Positions 42,047-52,042 are shown, numbered from the stretch's first letter. The stretch: 64,000 bases of DNA from Alphaproteobacteria bacterium (GCA_965262615.1 OZ253545.1:128001-192000), one strand, 5' to 3'. The notes: generated from the letters alone by a model not told the origin. Program-made: numbers and translations.

Positions 42047-43886
42047 GAGTCATTGGTGACGGCTTTTTGATAATTGTTGCGTCTCGTGCTTGTTTTGCTA
42101 AACCTACGAGTCCTAGTTCTTTCAGCTGCTTGGTGCTGACGGGGGACGGTGCACCAAGCGTCATATCTTTGGCTTGTCCATTCATGGGAAAAGCAATGAC
42201 ATCGCGCAAGTTATCAGTGCGCGCCAGCAACATCACCATGCGATCAATTCCTGGTGCTGCCCCCCCATGAGGCGGTGCGCCATAGTGAAAAGCGCGCCAC
42301 AACGCCCCAAAGCGGTGCGTGATGTCTTCTTGGCTATAGCCCGCAATGGCAAAGGCTTTTGCCATCACATCGGGACGATGATTGCGAATCGCACCAGACG
42401 ACAACTCAACCCCATTGCACACAATATCATACTGCCACGCCTTGATGGTCAGTGGATTGTCATTCTCCAGTGCCGCCAGCTCTCCTTGCGGCATGGAAAA
42501 CGGATTATGACTAAAAATAATCTCGCCCGTCTCGGGTGACAATTCATACATGGGATAGTCAATCACCCAACAAAAACGAAAGCTGTTTTGCTCCCGAAGT
42601 TTCATTTCATCACACAGGCGTTCCCTTGCCAAAGCGGCGAAAGAACGACAGTCTTTCCATGCCCCCGCCACAAAAAAGACGGCATCATTATCCGTCAATG
42701 ACAACTGGTTTTGCAACCGAATCATGCGCTCCTCTTCCAAATGATTGGCAATGGGACCTTTTGCCTCGCCATTCTCCCACGCAATATATCCCAGCCCGCC
42801 TTGTCCTTGCTCACGAGCAAACTGATTCATGCGATCAAACCACGCCCGCGGCATCGTGCCCGCCTCAGACACCCCAATGGCGCGCACCGTCTCCCCCTGT
42901 GCCGCCACACGGGCAAACAACGAAAATCCGCTGCCGACAAACACAGGAGTCACATCGGCAAGACGCAATGGATTGCGCAAGTCTGGCTTGTCACTGGCAA
43001 ACAAATCATCGGCTTGCTCATAGGTGAAGCGAGGAAAAGGCGTTGATGTCACATGGGCATCGGCGGCAAACTCATCAAAGACACCTCCCAGCACGTCTTC
43101 CAGCACGGCAAACACATCATCCTGAGTGGCGAACGCCATCTCAAAATCCAACTGATAAAATTCTCCCGGTGAGCGATCACTGCGAGCATCCTCATCACGA
43201 AAACACGGCGCAATTTGAAAATACCGCTCAAATCCTCCCACCATCAACAATTGCTTAAAAATCTGAGGCGCTTGCGGCAGGGCATAAAAGCATCCCTGAT
43301 GAAGCCGTGACGGCACCAAATAATCTCGCGCTCCCTCTGGAGACGAAGCCGTCAAGATGGGAGTCTGAATTTCCATAAATCCCAACGCCGTCATGCGGCG
43401 GCGCAAGGACGCAATCACCGCCGAGCGCAACACCAGATGAGCTCGCATGGAGGCGCGGCGCACATCCAAAAAGCGATACTGCAAACGCACATCCTCAGGG
43501 GCATCATCGGGGGTGGCAATCTGAAAAGGCAACACATCGGCTTGTCCCAAAATATCACAATGAGAAAGCCGCAGCTCAATCGTTCCCGTGGGCAGCTGGC
43601 GATTGATGGTCTCTTCATCTCGCAATGCCACAACGCCTGCCAGAGACACCGCACTCTCCACTCGCGCCGATTGCATGGTGGCAAACAAGGCGTTGCCCTC
43701 CTCACAGACGCATTGCATGATGCCACTGTGATCGCGCACATCCACAAAAAGCAAATTGCCATGATCCCGCTTGGCATGAATCCAGCCCGCCAGACGAATC
43801 TCGCTGCCTTGATGAGACTCCGTCACATCCCCACAACAGTGGCTACGATACTGACGATTCAATGAGTGCTGATGGTCACGGGTCAT
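42018..43886 (-). CDS. aspS: aspartate--tRNA ligase
   Basis: YRSH.CG, RDHG (H variant typical of non-discriminating enzymes), PEGARDYLVPSR, LPQAPQ.FKQ, GAPPHGG. Confidence 0.97.
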   Translation of the reverse strand: MTRDHQHSLNRQYRSHCCGDVTESHQGSEIRLAGWIHAKRDHGNLLFVDVRDHSGIMQCVCEEGNALFATMQSARVESAVSLAGVVALRDEETINRQLPTGTIELRLSHCDILGQADVLPFQIATPDDAPEDVRLQYRFLDVRRASMRAHLVLRSAVIASLRRRMTALGFMEIQTPILTASSPEGARDYLVPSRLHQGCFYALPQAPQIFKQLLMVGGFERYFQIAPCFRDEDARSDRSPGEFYQLDFEMAFATQDDVFAVLEDVLGGVFDEFAADAHVTSTPFPRFTYEQADDLFASDKPDLRNPLRLADVTPVFVGSGFSLFARVAAQGETVRAIGVSEAGTMPRAWFDRMNQFAREQGQGGLGYIAWENGEAKGPIANHLEEERMIRLQNQLSLTDNDAVFFVAGAWKDCRSFAALARERLCDEMKLREQNSFRFCWVIDYPMYELSPETGEIIFSHNPFSMPQGELAALENDNPLTIKAWQYDIVCNGVELSSGAIRNHRPDVMAKAFAIAGYSQEDITHRFGALWRAFHYGAPPHGGAAPGIDRMVMLLARTDNLRDVIAFPMNGQAKDMTLGAPSPVSTKQLKELGLVGLAKQARDATIIKKPSPMTHDTNRDTKK

Positions 43887-43973
43887 GGAAGAAAGAGGTG
43901 GAAGCCAAAGATGATTTCTTTCATAATAAGACTTTCTTCATAGCCTAGTTCCATTATCGGTGAAAGGGCAAAA

Positions 43974-44075
43974 ATGCTGATTGACAATAATTCTTCGCTT
44001 TGGGCGTTTTGCGACACCGCCGCCGCGCACGATTGGATTGCCGTGGATACCGAATTCATGAGACAAGGACGCTAA
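43974..44075 (+). pseudogene. duplicated 5' end of rnd forming a 33-aa upstream ORF
   Basis: 105-bp period copy of the first rnd codons; rnd TAT corresponds to TAA here, followed by AAG and the rnd ATG. Confidence 0.88.
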
Positions 44076-44078
44076 AAG

Positions 44079-45182
44079 ATGCTGATTGACAATAATTCTT
44101 CGCTTTGGGCGTTTTGCGACACCGCCGCCACGCACGATTGGATCACCGTGGATACCGAATTCATGAGACAGGGCCGCTATTGGCCTCAGCTGTGTTTGGT
44201 GCAGGTGGCGTTGCCCAGTGGCGAGGCGGTGGCGATTGACACCCTTAATGGATGCGATTTGACACCTTTGTATCAATTGTTGCATGCACCGTCTCCCCTC
44301 AAAATATTTCACGACTGCCGTCAGGATGCGGAGATTATCTACATCCAAAGCGGCACAGCTCCCACTCCCATCTTTGACACGCAACTGGCGGCTTCCTTGT
44401 GCGGATTTGCTGCCTCATTGAGTCTCGGTCATCTGCATGAACAATGTCTGGACGCTCCTTTGGATAAGTCACCCCAATTGAGCGACTGGTCACAACGCCC
44501 TCTGCCGCCTCATTGTTTGCAGTATGCCCTCAATGATGTGCTGGCATTGATTCCTCTGTATAAAAAACTCACGCAGCACCTCACGGAGCAAAAGCGTCTT
44601 CACTGGCTGGATGACGACATGCGCGACCTGTCTTCGTCTCATTTGTATGATTATGACCCCTCCCGTGCGTGGCGGCGGTTTGCGGCACGCAAGCACATCC
44701 ATCAATGGAAACCGCTCTACCGAACCATTATTGAAGAACTGGCTCATTGGCGAGAGAAACACGCGCAAGCTCAAGATATTCCGCGTCCCCGTATGATCAC
44801 GGACGATGCCATCAAACACATCGCGCAGCATCCACCGCGCACCATCCCTGAATTGCAAGCCATTTTGAAAAAAAATCGCTGCCGCCGCCTGTCCCATGCC
44901 ATGATGGCAGAAATGATGACCTGTGTGACGCGCGCGTCCGCCACCGCCGCCCAGCTCGCGCCGCCGCAAAAAACCATCCCCCTGCAGCAACGGGAAAAAG
45001 AGCTGCGTCATCTCAAAAAAATGCTGCACGAGACGGCGCGCCATCACGCCATTGCGCCAAGCCTCATCGCCACAGTGCATGAATTGGAAGAGATGGCACT
45101 CGCCATTCACAAAGGACGCTTATTGAAAGGCTGGCGATACGATTTGTTTGGCAAACCCGCAAGAGCTTTTCTCAATAATTGA
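44079..45182 (+). CDS. rnd: ribonuclease D
   Basis: VDTEF, LCLVQ, KIFH..RQD, FDTQ, SDW..RPL, YA..DV, HRDC. Confidence 0.95.
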   Translation: MLIDNNSSLWAFCDTAATHDWITVDTEFMRQGRYWPQLCLVQVALPSGEAVAIDTLNGCDLTPLYQLLHAPSPLKIFHDCRQDAEIIYIQSGTAPTPIFDTQLAASLCGFAASLSLGHLHEQCLDAPLDKSPQLSDWSQRPLPPHCLQYALNDVLALIPLYKKLTQHLTEQKRLHWLDDDMRDLSSSHLYDYDPSRAWRRFAARKHIHQWKPLYRTIIEELAHWREKHAQAQDIPRPRMITDDAIKHIAQHPPRTIPELQAILKKNRCRRLSHAMMAEMMTCVTRASATAAQLAPPQKTIPLQQREKELRHLKKMLHETARHHAIAPSLIATVHELEEMALAIHKGRLLKGWRYDLFGKPARAFLNN

Positions 45183-45189
45183 TAATGTT

Positions 45190-45780
45190 TTAACGGGCAG
45201 AAATGATGAAAATCACCTCTTGAGCAAATAAGTTCGCCCATAATGATGTCAGCCAGTTGGCATGAGGCACAAGACGCTTTTCAATCACAATATTATGCTG
45301 GCGGCACATGGCTTGAAAATCTCGCACACTGCACAAATGAATGTTGGGCGTTTCATACCACTGACTGGGAAGGGTTTTTGTGATGGGCATGCGTCCAAAC
45401 CACAACAAGGACAACCGAATACGCCAATAGCCAAAGTTAGGAAAGGAAACAATTCCATAGCGTCCGATGCGCACGATGCGCTGCACCACCTCGCGTGGAT
45501 TGTGTGTCGCCTGCAGCGTTTGACTGAGCACCACATAATCAAAGGCATTGGGAGAATAATCCTGCAAATCGGTATCGGCATCCCCTTGAATGACGGCAAG
45601 CCCCTTTTTGATGGAATCATGCACCCCCTGCGTGCTCAGTTCCATGCCTCGCCCATCCACGCCTCGCTGACGCTCTAAATACCGCAGCAGTGTGCCATCA
45701 CCACAGCCAATATCCAACACGCGACTGTGCTCTTCAATGGAATTGGCAATCAGTGCTAGGTCTGCCCGCAAACTCATCAT
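45190..45780 (-). CDS. metW: methionine biosynthesis protein MetW
   Basis: RVLDIGCGDG, VVLSQTLQ, SFPNFGYW, WYETPNIH. Confidence 0.95.
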   Translation of the reverse strand: MMSLRADLALIANSIEEHSRVLDIGCGDGTLLRYLERQRGVDGRGMELSTQGVHDSIKKGLAVIQGDADTDLQDYSPNAFDYVVLSQTLQATHNPREVVQRIVRIGRYGIVSFPNFGYWRIRLSLLWFGRMPITKTLPSQWYETPNIHLCSVRDFQAMCRQHNIVIEKRLVPHANWLTSLWANLFAQEVIFIISAR

Positions 45781-45786
45781 GACGGC

Positions 45787-46947
45787 TCAATGATGAGACG
45801 ATGCCCCATCAAGAAATCCATGCAGCAGTTCATGAAATTCGGGAATGTGGAGAAGGAAGGAATCGTGTCCGCCATCGGAAGCAATTTCACAAAAGCTGAC
45901 GCTCGCCGCCGCCGCATTCAATGCCTGCACAATCAGACGACTCTCTTGGGTGGGAAAAAGCCAATCGCTGGAGAACGAAAACAAACAAAAGCGCACAGGA
46001 CTGCCCACAAAAACCTCCTTGAGAGGCGTGCCTGCGCCATTTGTCAAATCAAAATAATCCATCGCTCGCGTGATACGAAGATAGGAATTGGCATCAAAGC
46101 GGGCAACAAAATTGCTTCCTTGATGACGCAAATAACTCTCCACCTGAAAATCAGCCCCGAATCCGTAGCTGATGGAATCTCTGTTTTGCAGATTGCGTCC
46201 AAATTTGCGATGCAATGCCGATTCCGACAAATAGGAAACATGCGCCATCATGCGCGCCACCGCCAATCCATGCTGAGGGGATTGTTCCTGATTGGCATAA
46301 AATCCATCGTGCCATTGAGGGTCTCCGACGATGGCTTGGCGACCGATTTCATGGAGCGATATATTTTGCGCCGAATGGCGCGCCGCCGTCGCAATCGCCA
46401 CCACCGAATGAACACACTCAGGATACAAAACCGCCCATTGCAACGATTGCATCCCCCCCATAGAGCCGCCCACGACAGAATATAATTGGTCAATTCCCAA
46501 ATGCTCAATGAGCAATTTCTGCGCCCGCACCATATCCCCAATGGTGAGCACGGGGAAATCCCCTCCCCACACGCCTTTTTTGCTGGGATGAGGCGACAGC
46601 GGTCCCGTGCTTCCCATGCACCCGCCCAGCACATTGCTGCAAATGACAAAATAACGATTGGTGTCAATGGCTTTGCCCGCGCCCACCGCTTCATCCCACC
46701 ATCCTTTGCGCTTGGTGATGGGATTGACCCCCATCACAAACTGATCTCCCGTCAAAGCATGACAAATCAAAATGGCGTTGCTTTGATCGGCATTGAGCTG
46801 TCCGTAGGTTTCATAGGCGATCACGGGGGCATGCAGCTCCTGCTCGCTATCCAGATGCAAGCGACAGTCCGCCGCCGTCTGATACAACTGACCCGCAAAA
46901 TCGTGCGAACTGACATCTTTGTAATGCAATGGCGTTTGACTCATCAT
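45787..46947 (-). CDS. metX: homoserine O-acetyltransferase
   Basis: [39 protein letters not shown]. Confidence 0.96.
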   Translation of the reverse strand: MMSQTPLHYKDVSSHDFAGQLYQTAADCRLHLDSEQELHAPVIAYETYGQLNADQSNAILICHALTGDQFVMGVNPITKRKGWWDEAVGAGKAIDTNRYFVICSNVLGGCMGSTGPLSPHPSKKGVWGGDFPVLTIGDMVRAQKLLIEHLGIDQLYSVVGGSMGGMQSLQWAVLYPECVHSVVAIATAARHSAQNISLHEIGRQAIVGDPQWHDGFYANQEQSPQHGLAVARMMAHVSYLSESALHRKFGRNLQNRDSISYGFGADFQVESYLRHQGSNFVARFDANSYLRITRAMDYFDLTNGAGTPLKEVFVGSPVRFCLFSFSSDWLFPTQESRLIVQALNAAAASVSFCEIASDGGHDSFLLHIPEFHELLHGFLDGASSHH

Positions 46948-47015
46948 CCTCACCGATATTTATTTGCTCACCCTATAGGATTTTAGCTGATTTTGTCTTT
47001 ATAGTCACCGATGTG

Positions 47016-48140
47016 ATGCCCAAAGACACTCCTCATCCCCGTTCTTGGCTTGGCTCGCATATTCCGTACGAAGCGGGTCTCTCCGATGCTGACACTATAG
47101 CAAAGGATATTGCCATTCACAAATTATCCGCCAATGAATCGGCACATGGCGTGTCTCCTGCGGTGCAGCGGGTGATTCACCAAGCGGCGACGCATTGTCA
47201 TCGTTATCCCGACCCGTCCCTTGTGCAATTGCGGCGGGCGTTGGCGGCACATCATGACCTCAATCTTGACGGCATTGTCTGTGGCAATGGCTCTGATGAG
47301 CTCATCACCCTGCTGCTGCACGCCTATGGCGGCGAGGGACGCTCCATTGTGATGGGACAATACGGCTTTATCTACTATGAAATCGCCGCCATGGCGGCGG
47401 GCATGACGGTGCGCAAAGCCCAAGAGTGTCCTCGCAAAGGCGTTGCCATTGATGCCATCGCTCAGCTCTATGATGACACCACGGCGTGCGTGTTTATTGC
47501 CAATCCCAACAATCCCACCGGTGCGTTGCTGTCGCCATCGGACATTGAGCAATTGATTGCCCTGACGCCGCCTCACATTCTCATTGTGCTGGATGCCGCC
47601 TATGCAGAATATGTGGATGATGCCGCCTATGATGGCGGCGCGCGCTGGGTGGAGCGTCATGACAATGTGGTGATGCTGCGAACATTTTCCAAGATTTATG
47701 GCTTGAGCGCATTACGGGTGGGCTGGTGCTATGCGCCGCCTGCCATTGCGTCTGTGTTGCAGCGTTTGCGCTCCCCTTTTAATGTGAATGCCATCGGACA
47801 GGCGGCGGCGGTGGCGGCTCTGGCGGACACAGCGCGCACCGACCAATTGCGTCTGGACAATCATGAGGCAAAACAAAAAGTGCGGGATGCATTGGCACAC
47901 ACCGCCATTGAGGTCATTCCTTCATGGGGCAATTTTTTGCTGCTGCGCTTTGCCTCACCACAGCAAGCACGCGATGCTTATGCTTATTTGCAACACAGAG
48001 GCATTCTGTTGCGCCGTCTGGAAGCGTATGATTTGCACGACTGCCTGCGGGTGACCATGGGAGCGGAAGATTCTTTGCAAATTTTCACCAAAACACTGTG
48101 CGAATTCATGGCACAATCGGACGGTGAGGCGACACTATGA
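47016..48140 (+). CDS. hisC: histidinol-phosphate aminotransferase
   Basis: KLSANE, RYPD, GNGSDE, NPNNPTG, DAAYAEY, RTFSKIYGL..LRVG. Confidence 0.95.
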   Translation: MPKDTPHPRSWLGSHIPYEAGLSDADTIAKDIAIHKLSANESAHGVSPAVQRVIHQAATHCHRYPDPSLVQLRRALAAHHDLNLDGIVCGNGSDELITLLLHAYGGEGRSIVMGQYGFIYYEIAAMAAGMTVRKAQECPRKGVAIDAIAQLYDDTTACVFIANPNNPTGALLSPSDIEQLIALTPPHILIVLDAAYAEYVDDAAYDGGARWVERHDNVVMLRTFSKIYGLSALRVGWCYAPPAIASVLQRLRSPFNVNAIGQAAAVAALADTARTDQLRLDNHEAKQKVRDALAHTAIEVIPSWGNFLLLRFASPQQARDAYAYLQHRGILLRRLEAYDLHDCLRVTMGAEDSLQIFTKTLCEFMAQSDGEATL

Positions 48141-49030
48141 AAGAAGACATGAGCGTTGTGTTTGATCAAATTGCCTTTGTGGGCGTTGGTTTGATTGGTG
48201 GCTCGTTGGCATTGGATGTCAAAGGGCGCGGTTTGGCGCGCGTCACCACCGCCTTTGACAAAAATGAACAAAACCGCCAGTTTATTCGTGAGTGTGGCAT
48301 CGTGGATCGCTGCTGCGATTCATTGCGAGATGCAGTCTATGATGCCGATGCCATCATTCTGGCTGTTCCTGTGGGTGTGATGGCGGCGGTGACTCAAGAC
48401 ATGATGCCTCATCTCAAACAGGGTGCGGTCATCATTGACACCGGCTCATCCAAGCGCACCATGATGGAGACGGTGCTGCCGTTGCTCAAGGAGGGCGTTC
48501 ATTGTGTGCCATCTCATCCTGTGGCGGGAACGGAACATTCGGGACCTCATGCCAGTGAGCGCAATTTGTTTGAGGGTCGCTGGTGTGTCATCACGCCGAG
48601 CGATGCCACGCCGCGCGCTGTCACCGAGCGGGTGAGCGATTTGTGGCGCGGCGTGGGCATGCGGGTGAAACAGATGGATGCTCGCACCCATGACGAGATT
48701 TTGGCTCTCACCTCTCATTTGCCGCACCTGATTGCCTTTTCCATTGTGGGGACGGCGACCGAATTGGAACAGGACTTGCATGACCAAGTGACGCGCTATG
48801 CGGCGGGTGGGTTTCGTGACTTCACCCGCATTGCCGCCTCGGACGCTGTCATGTGGCGCGATATTTTTCTGCAAAACAAGGACTTTGTGCTGGAGGCTCT
48901 CAATCATTTTGAGAACAAGCTCAAATGCTTCACCGATGCCATTGAGCAGGGCGACCGTGATGAACTCACCCGCCTCATTGATTGCAATCGCAAGGTGCGC
49001 CACGCCGTCATCAAAGAAGGACAAGAATAA
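48137..49030 (+). CDS. tyrA: prephenate/arogenate (cyclohexadienyl) dehydrogenase
   Basis: GVGLIGGS, DTGSSK, HPVAGTE.SG, SHLPH, GFRDFTRIA.SD..MWRDI. Confidence 0.94.
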   Translation: MKEDMSVVFDQIAFVGVGLIGGSLALDVKGRGLARVTTAFDKNEQNRQFIRECGIVDRCCDSLRDAVYDADAIILAVPVGVMAAVTQDMMPHLKQGAVIIDTGSSKRTMMETVLPLLKEGVHCVPSHPVAGTEHSGPHASERNLFEGRWCVITPSDATPRAVTERVSDLWRGVGMRVKQMDARTHDEILALTSHLPHLIAFSIVGTATELEQDLHDQVTRYAAGGFRDFTRIAASDAVMWRDIFLQNKDFVLEALNHFENKLKCFTDAIEQGDRDELTRLIDCNRKVRHAVIKEGQE

Positions 49031-49069
49031 CCTTGCGGCGATGGCGAATTTTGCCATATAATAGGTGTC

Positions 49070-49462
49070 ATGATGCGAGATGAGGTCAACAGCGACACCC
49101 AGCAAGACACCGTCATTGATGCACCGTTGCATGTGCTGGGCTATACTGATGAGGACGGTCTGTGGTGGGCGCGGGCACTGGAACTGGATGTGTTGGGACA
49201 CGGCGATACCTTTGCCGAGGCTCTGCAATGCCTCAGAGATGGACTGCAAATCTATTTTGAATATGCCCATGTCAAAGACATGGAAGATTCTTTACCCCGC
49301 CGAGCCGAAGCAAAGTATTGGAAGTTGTTTTACAATGCCAGCAAGCCGCGCATTATGATGCAAGGGGAAAAAATCAAAGACCCTGCGTATCATGCGGTGG
49401 CTATTCCACAACCCACCATTGACCCCAACGAGGAAATAATTTTTGATCCCATAATTGATTAA
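49070..49462 (+). CDS. HicB-like antitoxin, copy 1
   Basis: W.A..LE.D....GDTF.EA...L.....  partial RNase H fold typical of HicB; no C-terminal HTH seen. Confidence 0.75.
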   Translation: MMRDEVNSDTQQDTVIDAPLHVLGYTDEDGLWWARALELDVLGHGDTFAEALQCLRDGLQIYFEYAHVKDMEDSLPRRAEAKYWKLFYNASKPRIMMQGEKIKDPAYHAVAIPQPTIDPNEEIIFDPIID

Positions 49463-49552
49463 ATTCGTTTATTAAATAAACAACCGCCAATTGAATAACT
49501 AACTTGCCCCACCTCACTCACCTCCACTCACGCACATTTATCTAAGTAGGTA

Positions 49553-49580
49553 TTGACATATCTATCCTGCTCCCTATAAT
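49553..49580 (+). promoter_or_regulatory. near-consensus sigma70 promoter
   Basis: TTGACA-N16-TATAAT upstream of GGAG RBS and ATG 49618. Confidence 0.75.
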
Positions 49581-49617
49581 AAGAGTAACGATAATCCAGC
49601 ATAATGGAGACTAACCG

Positions 49618-50229
49618 ATGGGAGAGCAACGAAAAGTGTTTGTGTCAGAAGAAGTATTCGAATCCCTTAACAAGCTGTTAAGGGATCACAATGATTCATT
49701 CAGCAAAGTTATTGAGAGGCTTTTGGTTAGTAAAGAACCCCAAGATCCATTTAACTTTTTGTCTGTTGTCAGCGATAAAGTATCACCGCGACAAGCACGG
49801 GGGTATTCCTACGAGGTAATGGGAGGTCCATACAGTGTGCCAGCAAGCAGAGACGCACAGTTCAAGGCTTATAGCGATGTCATAAAGCGAGTGGCAAATC
49901 ATGCAGGAGACCAATTCTGTCAAAAATTTGCGAGACAGCAATTTATAAACAAGCGTTGCATCGCAAAAACGGAAGAAGATTTGTGCGGCAACTACTCAAT
50001 GGAAAGCACTAAACCAATCCCCATCATGCTCAATGGTAAAAAGTTCTTCATCTGTGCCAACTGTGACGAACAAACACGCATCCAATTCATTATCATCGCC
50101 TGTTATCTAGCTGGACTTAAATATGGCACGGATGTCAAGTTACTGAATGGATGGAATTATCTCGGCAAACACGGTCGCAAGCAAAAAGACCTTGCTGAGC
50201 AGTGGGCGCGCAATTTTGATTTACTTTGA
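49618..50229 (+). CDS. RHH-like + SeqA-like C-terminal domain protein, paralogue 1
   Basis: N-term KVFVSEEVFESL..SFSKVIERLL (strand-helix-helix); C-term CIAKTEEDL..KP..FFICAN..RIQFIIIAC..AGL. Confidence 0.55.
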   Translation: MGEQRKVFVSEEVFESLNKLLRDHNDSFSKVIERLLVSKEPQDPFNFLSVVSDKVSPRQARGYSYEVMGGPYSVPASRDAQFKAYSDVIKRVANHAGDQFCQKFARQQFINKRCIAKTEEDLCGNYSMESTKPIPIMLNGKKFFICANCDEQTRIQFIIIACYLAGLKYGTDVKLLNGWNYLGKHGRKQKDLAEQWARNFDLL

Positions 50230-50246
50230 ACAAAAGGTATAATCTC

Positions 50247-50483
50247 ATGAAAAGAACATACCGATGGAGTGAATTGCGTAAAATCCTACGCAAATACGAT
50301 TCCCGTTTTGAATTGGACAAAGGAAGAGGCAAGGGTAGCCACGCCCTCATTCGTCATCCCGACATCAATGGCAAAAAGGAAATTTACTTCATTCCGTGTC
50401 CTCGCGGGGACAAAACAGTCATCAGCAAAGCCTATCTTGGGGAGATTAAAAAGCGTTTCAATTTGCCAGACGATTTGCTATGA
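50247..50483 (+). CDS. HicA-like toxin, copy 1
   Basis: ELRKIL...F....RGKGSH..I.HP...IP..I....L..IKK: HicA dsRBD-like pattern with the GSH histidine. Confidence 0.82.
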   Translation: MKRTYRWSELRKILRKYDSRFELDKGRGKGSHALIRHPDINGKKEIYFIPCPRGDKTVISKAYLGEIKKRFNLPDDLL

Positions 50484-50546
50484 GGCGGAAACAAGTTTTC
50501 GCGCACATGGTGGATTTTCTCATACTTTTCCCATATAATGGATTCC

Positions 50547-50939
50547 ATGATGCGGGATGAGGTCAACAGCGACACTGGGCAAGACACCGTCATTGATGCG
50601 CCGTTGCATGTGCTGGGCTACACTGATGAGGACGGTCTGTGGTGGGCGCGGGCGTTGGAGGTGGATTTATTAGGACACGGCGATACTTTTGCTGAGGCTC
50701 TGCAGTGCCTCAAGGGTGTGCTCCAAGCCCACTTTGAATATGTCCATGTCAAAGGCATGGAAGATGCTTTGCCTCACCGAGCCGAAGCAAAGTATTGGCG
50801 GATGTTTTACAATGCCAGCAAGCCGCGCATTATCATGCAGGGGGGAAAAATCAAAGACCCTGCCTATCATGCGGTGGCTATTTCACAACCCACCATTGAC
50901 CCCAACGAGGAAATCATTTTTGATCCCATACTTGATTGA
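50547..50939 (+). CDS. HicB-like antitoxin, copy 2
   Basis: Close paralogue of 49070; upstream ATG 50538 overlaps the TATAAT box. Confidence 0.75.
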   Translation: MMRDEVNSDTGQDTVIDAPLHVLGYTDEDGLWWARALEVDLLGHGDTFAEALQCLKGVLQAHFEYVHVKGMEDALPHRAEAKYWRMFYNASKPRIIMQGGKIKDPAYHAVAISQPTIDPNEEIIFDPILD

Positions 50940-51206
50940 TTTCTTTGAGAAATAACCTCCACTTACAAAGTGTGTGTGTAACACCTGAGACTTCAAAGGT
51001 GTTAAGTGAGAGGTATTGATTGGGAAGTGTAGGCGTTGATTGGTAAGTGTTGTTACTTAACACCTACTTAAAAACCAAAACCTATAACTTAACCACACCT
51101 GAAACCACCTAAAATAAGAGCTTGATACCTTCATTATGAATGGATAAGAGGCAGATAAGGCATTTGCCTATTTCTAACATCAACCTCCAACTCAAGGAGA
51201 CAATCA

Positions 51207-51851
51207 ATGTACGACTGTTCAAAAATCAACATTGTGATTTCTCGAGATGTATTCGAGGAGTTGAACGCCCGTATAACCAGCCCCGACCAGAGCCTTAATT
51301 CTGTAATTAGGGAGCTGATAAAACGCGATAGCCATAGCACTCATAGCACCATGCTACCATCACAAGAAAGCAATACCTTTGCCCCAAGGGTCATGGATGT
51401 TGCGAGCAAGCCTCACGCGACAAAATCACGCTCTTCAAGACAAAATGGAGCATATTCTTATCGCGTCTTGAATCATGATGATGGTGAGGGTACGCAAGTT
51501 AAAGCCTTCAGGGAAATCATCCAACAGATTTGCGAAAACGCAAACGCTGATTTTTGCGAACGATTTGCCCATGCTGGCTTCCTCAAGCAACCATGTATTG
51601 CAAAAAGCGAAAATGACCTAATTGCTCACCGCGAGAAAATAGGTGTAAAACCACAAACCATCCAACTGAACGGCGAGCAATGGTTTATCTACACCAACCT
51701 TGACCTAGGAAAAAAGATTAGATACCTCATCACGGCGTGTCACATCGCCGATTTAGTATGGAATGAGGATGTGGTCTTGCTTGGTGACGCGTGGGCTACC
51801 TCCTCAAAAGAGGAGGCAGAGCATTGGGCGCGCAAGAGGGGACTCATCTGA
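51207..51851 (+). CDS. RHH-like + SeqA-like C-terminal domain protein, paralogue 2
   Basis: AAGGAG RBS; NIVISRDVFEEL..SLNSVIRELI; CIAKSENDL..KPQTIQ..WFIYTN.D.GKKIRYLITAC; aligns by eye with 49618. Confidence 0.58.
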   Translation: MYDCSKINIVISRDVFEELNARITSPDQSLNSVIRELIKRDSHSTHSTMLPSQESNTFAPRVMDVASKPHATKSRSSRQNGAYSYRVLNHDDGEGTQVKAFREIIQQICENANADFCERFAHAGFLKQPCIAKSENDLIAHREKIGVKPQTIQLNGEQWFIYTNLDLGKKIRYLITACHIADLVWNEDVVLLGDAWATSSKEEAEHWARKRGLI

Positions 51852-52042
51852 CAAAAAACTTGAATTAGGGGCGAGAGGATTTTTCTCCTTGTTTTACCTC
51901 TCGCAAGGCACGCACCCCGCCTGCTCTCCCCTGTGTTGCAGAGCCTTTATAAAGGCGAGAGAGCAAAGGGGTGCAACACACTGTTTCAAAGGGATAGCAA
52001 TAGTCTTGCGGCGATGGCGGCTTTTCTCATATAATGGATTCC

